This document shows positions 9,170-17,625 of a DNA stretch of 37,221 nt, piece by piece; within the stretch, counting starts at the first letter, position 1, and each line of letters starts with the position of its first letter. The notes beneath the pieces are model-generated. The model did not search any database. It saw only the letters and a list, made by a program, of their open reading frames with translations, and was not told where the DNA came from. A program made the position numbers and the translations under genes. Source of the DNA: Clostridia bacterium (lineage in GTDB: Bacteria > Bacillota > DUMD01); assembly GCA_012840065.1 (NCBI GenBank), contig DUMD01000022.1, positions 1-37,221 of the forward strand. The letters are read 5' to 3'.

Positions 9170-9322
9170 TTAAATCCCCTTTTCTTCATTAACAGCGGGT
9201 AAATGATCTCCTTCCCCTTCTGCTATAAACCTTTTAATATCGTCAAAATATTTATATAAAAGATAAGCACCAATGCTACCGGTTTTCATAAAAATATTCC
9301 ACATTATGCCTTTTTCGTCCAA
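9170..9322 (-). CDS. yqzL: YqzL-family small protein (not in the ORF track)
   Basis: The minus strand encodes MDEKGIMWNIFMKTGSIGAYLLYKYFDDIKRFIAEGEGDHLPAVNEEKGI (50 aa). TTG at 9322 lies 6 nt after AAGAGGTGA; an alternative ATG is at 9304. The W-F-TG-YLLYK core and the position directly upstream of recO match Bacillus yqzL. Its stop abuts the recO ATG. Confidence 0.7.
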   Translation of the reverse strand: MDEKGIMWNIFMKTGSIGAYLLYKYFDDIKRFIAEGEGDHLPAVNEEKGI

Positions 9323-9340
9323 GTAAGTCACCTCTTTATT

Positions 9341-9823
9341 TTAGTCACCGGTTTTAGCTTGGCTCATCTGACTTAAGTCTATTCCCACCTGTTTTTGCCA
9401 TAAATCAAGATCTATTTTAAAAATATAATAAGTCCCTGTTGCCTTTGCTATTAGTTGGCCTTCGGAATCATAAACTTCAGCTTCCCCTACAGCAATATTT
9501 TTACCTTTGCGGATCAAACGACCAATAGCATATCCTTTCTGCCCTTTCAGTCCCCTGATATAATTTATACGCAAATCGGCAGTCACTGTCCGTTCACCAA
9601 CTTCAATTTTGGTAACTACAGCAATACCAATTGCAACATCAATCAAAGAAGCTATGACTCCGCCATGCACTGCTCCGTAAGGATTATTCAGCTCTTCCCG
9701 ATAATTTAAAACCACCTTGGAATAACCCTCTTTAACCTCTTGAGGTTCAATCCCCAGCATTTTGTGAAAACCATTCTGACCGCTATGTTTTTCTAAATAA
9801 CGATAGAATTCTTGTCTATCCAT
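9341..9823 (-). CDS. PaaI-family hotdog-fold thioesterase
   Basis: 160 aa. The motif PYGAVHGGVIASLIDVAIG is typical of PaaI/YbgC-like acyl-CoA thioesterases. ATG start preceded by AGAGGAGG. Confidence 0.85.
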   Translation of the reverse strand: MDRQEFYRYLEKHSGQNGFHKMLGIEPQEVKEGYSKVVLNYREELNNPYGAVHGGVIASLIDVAIGIAVVTKIEVGERTVTADLRINYIRGLKGQKGYAIGRLIRKGKNIAVGEAEVYDSEGQLIAKATGTYYIFKIDLDLWQKQVGIDLSQMSQAKTGD

Positions 9824-9855
9824 AATGTTCCTCCTCTGTTATCCTGATTAATCCT

Positions 9856-10275
9856 CTAACTCATTGTCATTTGAACTAAAGTTGTTATGGCTTTAGCAAT
9901 AATATTATCTTCACTATCAACTAACTTAGCCTCGCTTACAGAAAGATTATTACCTAATCGGACAACTCGTCCCTCCGCAAAAACTTCCTTTCCGACGCCA
10001 AGAGGCATTAAAAAATCAACCTGAATATTTACAGTCACAGCTAAAACATCAAGGGGAAGAAGCGTATCCAAAGCTAGACAAGCAGCTGCATCTAAAATCG
10101 AACAAATGGCTCCACCGTGCACAGCTTTTCCCGATAAATTTCTTAGTTTCGCTTTATCTTTAAAAGTAAATCGAATATAGCCATCCCCGATATCTAAAAT
10201 CTCCATTCCCAGCAAATTATAGTATTCACATTTGCTAGCTAAATTCTTAATTTGCTCCTGTTTTAAAACTGACAC
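9856..10275 (-). CDS. PaaI-family hotdog-fold thioesterase (diverged tandem paralogue)
   Basis: 139 aa with motif GKAVHGGAICSILDAAACLAL. GTG start preceded by GAGGAAGTGA. Confidence 0.8.
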   Translation of the reverse strand: MSVLKQEQIKNLASKCEYYNLLGMEILDIGDGYIRFTFKDKAKLRNLSGKAVHGGAICSILDAAACLALDTLLPLDVLAVTVNIQVDFLMPLGVGKEVFAEGRVVRLGNNLSVSEAKLVDSEDNIIAKAITTLVQMTMS

Positions 10276-10308
10276 CTAGATCACTTCCTCTAACCAATAT
10301 TTTTTAAA

Positions 10309-10992
10309 CTAAGCAGTTATTTCTTGTATAATGGCCATAGCTGAACTAGTTCCGATCCGATCTGCTCCGGCTTTAACCATTTCCTGCAACTTAGCCAAAG
10401 TTCTTATTCCACCTGCTGCCTTTATTTTTAAACTTCCTCCTCCTATTTGCTTAAAAAGTTCTATATCCTTTACCTCTGCCCCGGCAGTTCCAAAACCGGT
10501 AGAAGTTTTTATATAATCAGCCCCGGATTGTTTAACTAAATTACACAATTTGATCTTTTCCTCTTCTTCTAAATAACAGGTCTCTACAATTACCTTTACA
10601 ATTATATTTTTGTTAAGCATTTTTCCTTTATTTTTAGCCCTTACGGTTATTTGTTTAATTTCTTCTTCCACTTGTTCCCAAAAACCAGATTTAACAAAAC
10701 CAAGATTAATTACAAAATCAATTTCTTCAGCTCCGTTTTCTATTGCCAATTCAGCTTCAGCAGCTTTTGTTTCCCAGTCATTAGCCCCTAAAGGAAATCC
10801 TACAACTGTACATATTTTTACCCCTGATTCTTTCAAAAAAAACCTAGCAGTTTTTACATAACAAGGGTGAACACATACAGCATAAAAACCCTCCTCCTTT
10901 GCCTCCCTGCATAGTTGTTCAATCTCTTCTTTAGTTGCTGTAGGCTGCAAATTAGTATGGTCGATTATCTTGACGATTTCTTTTCTAAGCAC
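10309..10992 (-). CDS. deoC: deoxyribose-phosphate aldolase
   Basis: DeoC core IIDHTNLQPTATKEEI ... IVETCYL ... ADYIKTSTGF (the Schiff-base Lys region). The ORF track extends to 11112, but that stretch is non-homologous and contains a promoter. GTG at 10992 lies 6 nt after GGGGGT and gives 227 aa. Confidence 0.88.
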   Translation of the reverse strand: MLRKEIVKIIDHTNLQPTATKEEIEQLCREAKEEGFYAVCVHPCYVKTARFFLKESGVKICTVVGFPLGANDWETKAAEAELAIENGAEEIDFVINLGFVKSGFWEQVEEEIKQITVRAKNKGKMLNKNIIVKVIVETCYLEEEEKIKLCNLVKQSGADYIKTSTGFGTAGAEVKDIELFKQIGGGSLKIKAAGGIRTLAKLQEMVKAGADRIGTSSAMAIIQEITA

Positions 10993-11082
10993 ATGCTTAC
11001 CCCCTAAAAAATCAAAAACGTTAGAAAACCTCCATTCTATTTGAATGAAGGTTAATGTTGCATAAAACAATCTATAATTATC

Positions 11083-11112
11083 AGTATAGAGATCCATCAT
11101 GGAAACTGTCAA
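11083..11112 (-). promoter_or_regulatory. sigma-A-type promoter upstream of deoC
   Basis: TTGACA (11112-11107), 18-nt spacer, TATACT (11088-11083). Confidence 0.5.
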
Positions 11113-11124
11113 GCAATTAAATAA

Positions 11125-12024
11125 TTAGTTGTAGCCTAAATCCTTGAGCATAAAGTCCGAATTTCTCCAATCTTTTTTTACTTTAACCCATAAATCCAAA
11201 TAAATTTTCGAACCTAACAAACGCTCAATATCTTCCCGGGCCTCCTGACCTATTCGTTTTAACATAGTTCCATTTTTCCCAATAATAATTCCTTTCTGAG
11301 AATCCCGTTCCAAATAAATATTTGCTCTTACATAAACTAGATCTAAATTTTCTTTTTTCCGCATTTCGGTTACTTCAATAGCAACAGAATGAGGAATTTC
11401 ATCCCTCGTTAGTTTAAGAATTTTTTCCCGGATCAACTCTGCTACCACAAACCGCTCCGGTTGATCAGTAATCATCTCGTCAGGATAGTAGCGAGGCCCC
11501 TCTGGGAGATATTGAATTATAACATCTACTAATTTCTCTACATTGTCGCCGGTTAAAGCAGATAAAGGGATCACTTCTTCCCACTGATAAAGTTGATTAT
11601 ACTCATTTATTTTAACCATTAGATCTTTCTTAGGCATTTTATCTATTTTATTAAGAACTAATATAGTAGGAATTTTAGCTTGTTCTATCCTCTCTACAAT
11701 GAAGTGATCTCCGGCTCCGGGAGAAGTAGTTGCGTCACAAACAAATAAAATCAGATCAACCTCAGCTAAGGTATTAATAGCTGTATTCACCATATAAGAT
11801 CCTAACTTATGCAAAGGCTTATGAATACCGGGAGTATCAATAAAAACAATCTGGGCATTTTCCCTGGTAAGCACACATTGGATTTTATTCCTCGTAGTTT
11901 GAGGTTTGTCGGACATAATAACCAGTTTTTGGCCAAGCAATTGATTAATTAAAGTAGACTTACCCACATTAGGCCTGCCTATAATAGAAACAAATCCAGA
12001 ATGAAATCTGCTTTTATCTTTCAT
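11125..12024 (-). CDS. era: GTPase Era
   Basis: G1 motif GRPNVGKST, DTPG, NKID and a C-terminal KH domain. ATG at 12024 follows GGAGGG. The ORF track's ATG at 12036 is an alternative start. Confidence 0.95.
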   Translation of the reverse strand: MKDKSRFHSGFVSIIGRPNVGKSTLINQLLGQKLVIMSDKPQTTRNKIQCVLTRENAQIVFIDTPGIHKPLHKLGSYMVNTAINTLAEVDLILFVCDATTSPGAGDHFIVERIEQAKIPTILVLNKIDKMPKKDLMVKINEYNQLYQWEEVIPLSALTGDNVEKLVDVIIQYLPEGPRYYPDEMITDQPERFVVAELIREKILKLTRDEIPHSVAIEVTEMRKKENLDLVYVRANIYLERDSQKGIIIGKNGTMLKRIGQEAREDIERLLGSKIYLDLWVKVKKDWRNSDFMLKDLGYN

Positions 12025-12053
12025 CTTTCCCTCCATTAATCTTACCAGCTAAT

Positions 12054-12446
12054 TTATTTTAAATCATTATAATCAAAAGCTTCTGGCAGAAGTTCAGCTA
12101 TAGTCGTCTCCTTTGACTCTCCGGAAAGATTAGCAGCAATTATTTTGATATCCGATCCAAACTCTCTAATAACTTGCCTGCAGGCACCACAAGGCATACA
12201 GGGACCCTCTGTATCACCAACCACAACCAAAAGAGAAAATTCCCTTTCGCCCTCGGAAACAGCTTTAAAAATAGCATTTCTCTCTGCGCATACAGTTAAA
12301 CCATAAGAAGCATTTTCCACATTACAACCTGTATATACTTCCCCCTTTTTACTAACCACAACTGCACCGACAGCAAAATTAGAATAAGGCACATACGCCC
12401 TTTTTCGGACAGATTTAGCCAACTCAATCAACTTTTCCTTTTCCAT
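12054..12446 (-). CDS. cdd: cytidine deaminase
   Basis: Zinc motifs CAERNAI and PCGACRQ. ATG at 12446 follows GGTGAGAG. The track's GTG at 12455 is an alternative start. Confidence 0.93.
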   Translation of the reverse strand: MEKEKLIELAKSVRKRAYVPYSNFAVGAVVVSKKGEVYTGCNVENASYGLTVCAERNAIFKAVSEGEREFSLLVVVGDTEGPCMPCGACRQVIREFGSDIKIIAANLSGESKETTIAELLPEAFDYNDLK

Positions 12447-12460
12447 GTCTCTCACCCAAT

Positions 12461-13492
12461 CTATTCTGCAATCAATTTGGTAGTGGAAGAAACAACCTGA
12501 ATCCAGGTTTGGCCTGTCTTAAACGTAATTTCCTTGCCATCTTGATCGTAAAAATAAGTAGGAGTAGAACGACTATCTTTTTTCCATTTACCTTCTACCA
12601 TTTGATTACCAATAAAGAAAACAGCTTTACCCTCACCCAAAAGATCAATCTCAAGTCTGCCCTCATTATCTATAACTCTTGTTTTATTAGCATAAAGAAC
12701 AGCAATATTCTGGGCAGTAAGTTGTCTGTTTGACTCTCCAGCTAAATGTGGTTTACCCTCCATATTTCTTAAAAATACTCCTGTTTCCGGATCATAGTTA
12801 TAAGTAACTTCATAACTACCCGGATAATCAATTATTACTTTATTAATTGTGTTATCGTTTATCTGAACGTCAGGAGCAAAATTAAAACCTTTCGGTTCTG
12901 TTTTCTTTTCCCAGCCTTTTTTCTCTGCATATTGTCTCAATTTTTCTACGCTGCTATACAGATTATGGGGAGCTCTTTTAGTGTTATCCCGCCAAAAATA
13001 GATACCGGCCCCCCCAATTTCATTAATACTTCTGATCTTAAACTTAGGTATTTCTAATTCTGCCTGAGGACTTTGACCGCAATGAGCATAAATAGCATCC
13101 AACTCCATTGCTTTATCTAAAAAATAAGGTCTGGCGCTTCTAATTGGGCCAATTTTGTCAGGTTCTTGGTGCAAATAAACAGCTAAAAAACGAGTAATAT
13201 TACCTTCAGCTAAAAACTCATAGACTAAACATGCCTGTTCCAAGCCAAACTGAGGGCGGGCTGCAGGATGATTTTCTATGGTAACAATTAGCGGTCTTCT
13301 TTCGATAAACTTTTCTAGATCTGAAGAGTTGTCAAACGTTCTTACTAATCCATCTAGAGGACATATGTATTCGAATTTCGGTTGAGTCTCTTGCTGACCT
13401 TGCTCCTGGCCGGTATCAATAGATTTACCAGAATTGCATCCGCTTAATAGAATTGTTAAAAACGCAAACAACACCAGAAGATAAATAATCAA
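12461..13492 (-). CDS. DUF3048 (YerB-like) lipoprotein
   Basis: Lipobox LLSGC near the N-terminus. DUF3048 core: RPLIVTIENHPAARPQFGL...VYEFLAEGNITRFLAVY...GPIRSARPYF. The track start is a TTG at 13492 with no RBS. The frame is open upstream as far as an ATT at 13519 (see findings). Confidence 0.85.
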   Translation of the reverse strand: MIIYLLVLFAFLTILLSGCNSGKSIDTGQEQGQQETQPKFEYICPLDGLVRTFDNSSDLEKFIERRPLIVTIENHPAARPQFGLEQACLVYEFLAEGNITRFLAVYLHQEPDKIGPIRSARPYFLDKAMELDAIYAHCGQSPQAELEIPKFKIRSINEIGGAGIYFWRDNTKRAPHNLYSSVEKLRQYAEKKGWEKKTEPKGFNFAPDVQINDNTINKVIIDYPGSYEVTYNYDPETGVFLRNMEGKPHLAGESNRQLTAQNIAVLYANKTRVIDNEGRLEIDLLGEGKAVFFIGNQMVEGKWKKDSRSTPTYFYDQDGKEITFKTGQTWIQVVSSTTKLIAE

Positions 13493-13506
13493 GTGTTTAG
13501 AAATTT

Positions 13507-14181
13507 TTAGCCTTTTAATTTTTCACTCCCCCCTTTTTTTTCCACACATTCAAAACTTATAATATTCTGTTCTTCCTTGTTTTTATTCTCGGACGACTGG
13601 TCAGATGGAACTATTATTCCAGCTGAAATAATCAACTTAACCCCCTCTTCTATGCTCATATCAAGATGAATAATATCCTTATTAGGTATCAAAGCCAACC
13701 AGCCTGAGGTAGGATTAGGAGTAGTAGGGAAAAACACACTCGTTACCTCCTGTCCTAACTTGTCTTTAATCTCTCCCTTTCCCTCATTTGTTACAAAACC
13801 AATAGTATAAATTCCTTTTCTAGGGTATTCTACCAATACCACCCGTTTAAAAGAAAGTTTATCTTTAACCAATAAAGTATTTACAATCTGTTTAGTAGTA
13901 AAATAAATTGTTCTGGCAAAAGGTATTTTGACTAAGATCCATTCTCCAAGACTAATTAATTTTTTACCCAGAAAATTTTTAGCCAAAACACCGGCTAACA
14001 TAATTAAAAGAATAGTAGTAATAAAACCTAGACCAGGAATATTTTTTTTTATAAAGAGAGGAAGAATATCTCCAAGTATTCCATCAATCCAAATAAAGGT
14101 AATCCATAAAATGTATAGTGTTACCACTGCAGGTAGTACAACTATCAACCCTGTAAAAAAATAATTTCTTAATTTTTTCAT
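13507..14181 (-). CDS. DUF502 family membrane protein
   Basis: The N-terminus MKKLRNYFFTGLIVVLPAVVTLYILW is typical of DUF502. ATG at 14181 follows GGAGAGGA. The GTG at 14220 in the ORF track is less likely. Confidence 0.85.
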   Translation of the reverse strand: MKKLRNYFFTGLIVVLPAVVTLYILWITFIWIDGILGDILPLFIKKNIPGLGFITTILLIMLAGVLAKNFLGKKLISLGEWILVKIPFARTIYFTTKQIVNTLLVKDKLSFKRVVLVEYPRKGIYTIGFVTNEGKGEIKDKLGQEVTSVFFPTTPNPTSGWLALIPNKDIIHLDMSIEEGVKLIISAGIIVPSDQSSENKNKEEQNIISFECVEKKGGSEKLKG

Positions 14182-14224
14182 CTTTATCCTCTCCGTTTCA
14201 GCTTTACGACAACAGCTCACTAAA

Positions 14225-14554
14225 CTATTTTATTCCTATCTTTATTGTTCTAACCTTTTTACCATCAATTTTTAAAACTAGTATGCTATATTTATCAGAA
14301 TCCACCGTCTCATTTTCCTGGGATCCTTCCGACTAAATTATAGAAAAAGTCTCTCAATGATAGCAACTTTTCTTCAGATAAACCTAAATCAAATAAATCA
14401 TTTAACCCATCTAAACTTACTAAAGAATCTGCCACATATGTACCCTAAGCTACTTTTTTAAATTTTTCTCCACTCGACCATATTCATCTCAAATCTCACC
14501 AACAATTTTCCCCACTAAATCTTCAAAGGTTACAATTCCAACTGTACCAGCATA
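14225..14554 (-). pseudogene. decayed 3' remnant of a corC/tlyC-family (DUF21-CBS-CorC_HlyC) hemolysin-like gene
   Basis: The minus-strand conceptual translation reads YAGTVGIVTFEDLVGKIVGEI*DEYGRVEKNLKK / VA*GTYVADSLVSLDGLNDLFDLGLSEEKLLSLRDFFYNLVGRIPGK* / ENETVDSDKYSILVLKIDGKKVRTIKIGIK*. There are in-frame stops at 14489-14491 (TGA) and 14445-14447 (TAG). Two frame changes occur, near the A-runs at about 14454-14459 and about 14313-14316. The N-terminal two-thirds of the gene is absent. Confidence 0.8.
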
Positions 14555-14567
14555 TTAATCTTAACTA

Positions 14568-15029
14568 TCACCTTTTAACATCACTTGATCTAACTACTAG
14601 AACTAGTAAAAAACAAATAAAAGCCACAAAAAGGAGAAAAATAACTATTTCTTTCAGATTAGATAAACCTCTGACAAATAATAGATATAATCTTTCAGCA
14701 AAAATTAGATAAGCAACAATCAGTGAGTTAACTGCAGCAACCAATACTGAACCAGCTGCTACATTTTTGGCTATTTTAGCCAAAGGGTGATAATCCTTCG
14801 TAAACAAGTCAACAGTCTTTTCTATGGCAGTATTTATCATTTCCGTAATTAAAACAGAAACAATAGTTAATAGAATGATTAAGATTTCTGTTTTAGACAA
14901 ATCAAAAAAAAAGCTTCCCCAAATAACTGCCGAACCTAGAATAAAATGAATTTTTATATTACGCTGGGTCTGCCAGCAATAAATAATCCCTTCTAAAGCA
15001 TACTTAAAACTTTTTATTAAAGATTTCAT
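14568..15029 (-). CDS. dgkA: diacylglycerol/undecaprenol kinase DgkA family
   Basis: 153 aa. Conserved segments are FKYALEGI, QRNIKIH and EMINTAIEKTVDL...HPLAKIAKNVAAGSVL. It carries about 35 extra C-terminal residues, with one more predicted TM, compared with the roughly 120-130 aa Bacillus protein. Confidence 0.88.
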   Translation of the reverse strand: MKSLIKSFKYALEGIIYCWQTQRNIKIHFILGSAVIWGSFFFDLSKTEILIILLTIVSVLITEMINTAIEKTVDLFTKDYHPLAKIAKNVAAGSVLVAAVNSLIVAYLIFAERLYLLFVRGLSNLKEIVIFLLFVAFICFLLVLVVRSSDVKR

Positions 15030-15030
15030 T

Positions 15031-15504
15031 TCAACTTTTTCTCTCCTGCCCTAAACTAGATAAAACCAGCTCCTCCTTTCCTCTCATCAATTTCCGTTCT
15101 TCCTCCTCTTTATGGTCATATCCCAATAAATGAAGAACTCCATGCACAGTTAAAAAAGCTAGTTCCCGCTCCAAACTATGACCATAATTTTCCGCCTGTT
15201 CCACTGCCTTTTCCAAAGAAATTATAATATCTCCCAGCACCATTTTTTCCTCATAAGGCTGTGGCTCCCATTTCCTCCAATCCTCAATAAAGGGAAAAGA
15301 AAGTACATCGGTAGCACTATCAATTTGCCGGTATTTTTTGTTAAGTTGCCGAATCTCATCGTTATCAACCAATGCTATACTTACCTCCACAGGTTTATCT
15401 ACCTGTTCTAAAGCTAATGTTTCTTCCACCACCTGCTTAATTAACTGTTTTAAATCCTCGCTTATTTCAATTTTTTCTTGTTCATTACTGATTAACACTT
15501 CCAT
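15031..15504 (-). CDS. ybeY: rRNA maturation RNase YbeY
   Basis: Metal-binding motif HGVLHLLGYDH. ATG at 15504 gives 157 aa and overlaps the pgpH 3' end by 20 nt. The track's TTG at 15525 lacks an RBS. Confidence 0.92.
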   Translation of the reverse strand: MEVLISNEQEKIEISEDLKQLIKQVVEETLALEQVDKPVEVSIALVDNDEIRQLNKKYRQIDSATDVLSFPFIEDWRKWEPQPYEEKMVLGDIIISLEKAVEQAENYGHSLERELAFLTVHGVLHLLGYDHKEEEERKLMRGKEELVLSSLGQERKS

Positions 15505-17611
15505 TCTGCACTTTTCTCCCTTCAATTTCCTTTACTTCTTTTGCTATATTTTCAGGATACTCAATCCTGGAATGAAAAATACCTGTAAGAACCTTTACAA
15601 ATTGCTGGGCAATAAGATCAAGATCTTTTAAAGTCAAGTTGCATTCGTCAAGCTGCCCGTCGTGAAGTTTTTCTTTAATGATTTTTCGCACCATTCCTTC
15701 TATCCTTCCAGGGTTAGGTTTGCCTAAAGAACGAACAGCAGCTTCTACAGAATCAGCTAGCATAACCACAGCCGCTTCTTTAGTTTGAGGTTTAGGACCG
15801 CTATGTCTAAAATCATCCTCGTTTATATTTTCTTGCCGTTCATTTTCGGTTGCTGCTCGATGATAAAAATAAGTAAGCAAACTGTTTCCATGATGCTGTC
15901 TAATAATATCTATGATAGAATCCGGCAATTTATATTCTTTGGCCAGTTCCACCCCATCCTTAGTATGAGAAGTAATAATAAGTGTGCTGAGGGTCGGTGA
16001 AATTCGATCATGGGGGTTTTCATTTCCAAATTGGTTTTCGATAAAAAAATATGGCCTTTTTAACTTACCTATATCATGATAATAGGCACCTACCCGGGCC
16101 AATAGAGTATCGCCACCAACTACTTCGGCAGCAGCTTCTGCCAAATTACCAACAATAATACTATGGTGATAAGTACCAGGTGCTTCAACCAGCAATCTCC
16201 TTAACAAAGTTTCATTAGGATTAGACAATTCAAGCAATTTCACAGAAGTGGTAATTCCAAAAGTAGTTTCGAAATAAGGGAGTAATCCTATCGTTAAAAT
16301 AGCTGAAATTACTCCATTTATTATTCCTATACCTCCATCCTTTAATACCTGAAGTGGAAAAGTATGGGTAATCAAACCAACAGCAGCAATAGAACAAACA
16401 TTAACAAACCCTGTTATAAATCCAGCCCGGGTAAGATCTGATCTTTTTGCTAACTTAGAAACACTATAAACACCTACAATTCCTCCAACCAAGGCTACTG
16501 CCGCAATCCAGAAATCATTTCCTCCCATAATTCCTGCCAGAAAACTCATGATTACCGTCATTAAAATAGCCAACCTGGAATCTAAAAGAATAGTAATTAG
16601 CATTGAGCCAGCAGCTACCGGTACAAGATAACCAGAAAAAACTATGCCTACCTTTGATAACAAGAGGGTCAAAATAAAAATAAGAGAAACCAAAGTAAGA
16701 TATTTTTCATTACGATAGATAATTGGTTTATATTTTCGCAGATAGATAATAATAATCCCTAGAAAAATTATGACCAAAAAAGCCAAACCAAGAATAACAG
16801 TAAAATTTATTTGAGAACCTTGAAGACCTAGTTCTTTTAATAAAGCAATATGACTTTCCGTAATTCTTTCCCCTTGTCTAACTATAAACTCGCCTTTAAG
16901 AATCCTTTCCGGTTCTACTGCCCTTACCGCTTCTTTCTTTAATTTTTCCGTAAGCTCCTCATTAAGCACCATATTGGGCCTAAGCACTCCGACAGCCGTT
17001 TGGGCAGCCAAGTCTTTAAGGTTATTATTATAATTCAAAGCATAAATAGCAGATCTTATTTGAATTTGAGCCTTATCTAAAGCAGTGTTTCTTATTCCAA
17101 CCTGCATAGCTTCTTTAATAATTGTTTTAGTATCATTAAAAATTCCCTCCAAGCTTTTTTCATCAGCACTAAGTGCAGTATAAAGGGCTTGGCTGGTGTA
17201 AGTCATTGGAGTCTTGCTTTGGAGTTTTTCAACCCTTTGATCTAATGGCATTTCTTCTTCCAAAACTCTAACATCTTTAATTGTCTGAAAAATCAATTCT
17301 AATTCCTGTTCAACTGCTTTTGTTATATTGGGATCAAGATCATAAACATCTGGTACAGCCTTCTCAGCTTCCTCCTGCAATTGTCTTGTTTTTTCCCGGT
17401 TGATAATTGTTTTTGGAGCAGGAATATCCCTGGGACTAACTTGTCCAACCTCCAAGTCATAGCCCTGGGGCCAAAGATTTGCCGAAAGGATAGACGTTAA
17501 AACAATAAAACTAAGCAAAATCCAGAAAACACGGCGCACTCTATTATTCTGCCATGGTCTTGCGAAAAAAGATTTTTCCCATCTTTCTCGCAACCTACTC
17601 AACATGTTCAT
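15485..17611 (-). CDS. pgpH: 7TM-HD membrane phosphohydrolase (YqfF/PgpH family, cyclic-di-AMP phosphodiesterase-like)
   Basis: Extracellular N-terminal domain, 7 TM helices, and a C-terminal HD domain (HHSIIVGNLAE ... YYHDIGK ... HHG). ATG at 17611 lies 9 nt after GAGGTG. The track's GTG at 17623 falls inside that RBS. Confidence 0.9.
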   Translation of the reverse strand: MNMLSRLRERWEKSFFARPWQNNRVRRVFWILLSFIVLTSILSANLWPQGYDLEVGQVSPRDIPAPKTIINREKTRQLQEEAEKAVPDVYDLDPNITKAVEQELELIFQTIKDVRVLEEEMPLDQRVEKLQSKTPMTYTSQALYTALSADEKSLEGIFNDTKTIIKEAMQVGIRNTALDKAQIQIRSAIYALNYNNNLKDLAAQTAVGVLRPNMVLNEELTEKLKKEAVRAVEPERILKGEFIVRQGERITESHIALLKELGLQGSQINFTVILGLAFLVIIFLGIIIIYLRKYKPIIYRNEKYLTLVSLIFILTLLLSKVGIVFSGYLVPVAAGSMLITILLDSRLAILMTVIMSFLAGIMGGNDFWIAAVALVGGIVGVYSVSKLAKRSDLTRAGFITGFVNVCSIAAVGLITHTFPLQVLKDGGIGIINGVISAILTIGLLPYFETTFGITTSVKLLELSNPNETLLRRLLVEAPGTYHHSIIVGNLAEAAAEVVGGDTLLARVGAYYHDIGKLKRPYFFIENQFGNENPHDRISPTLSTLIITSHTKDGVELAKEYKLPDSIIDIIRQHHGNSLLTYFYHRAATENERQENINEDDFRHSGPKPQTKEAAVVMLADSVEAAVRSLGKPNPGRIEGMVRKIIKEKLHDGQLDECNLTLKDLDLIAQQFVKVLTGIFHSRIEYPENIAKEVKEIEGRKVQNGSVNQ

Positions 17612-17625
17612 ACTAGTTTCCACCT

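Noticed and set aside
10993-11112. 40-codon N-terminal extension of deoC in the ORF track
   Set aside because: The extension has no DeoC homology. It contains a sigma-A-like promoter and the RBS for the GTG at 10992, so I treat it as leader DNA.
14568-14680. The extra C-terminal TM segment of DgkA as a fusion to the 5' end of the deleted DUF21/corC gene
   Set aside because: The roughly 35 extra residues (SNLKEIVIFLLFVAFICFLLVLVVRSSDVKR) show no DUF21 hallmark that I can recognise. Long DgkA variants may simply exist in this lineage. The idea cannot be supported without database comparison.
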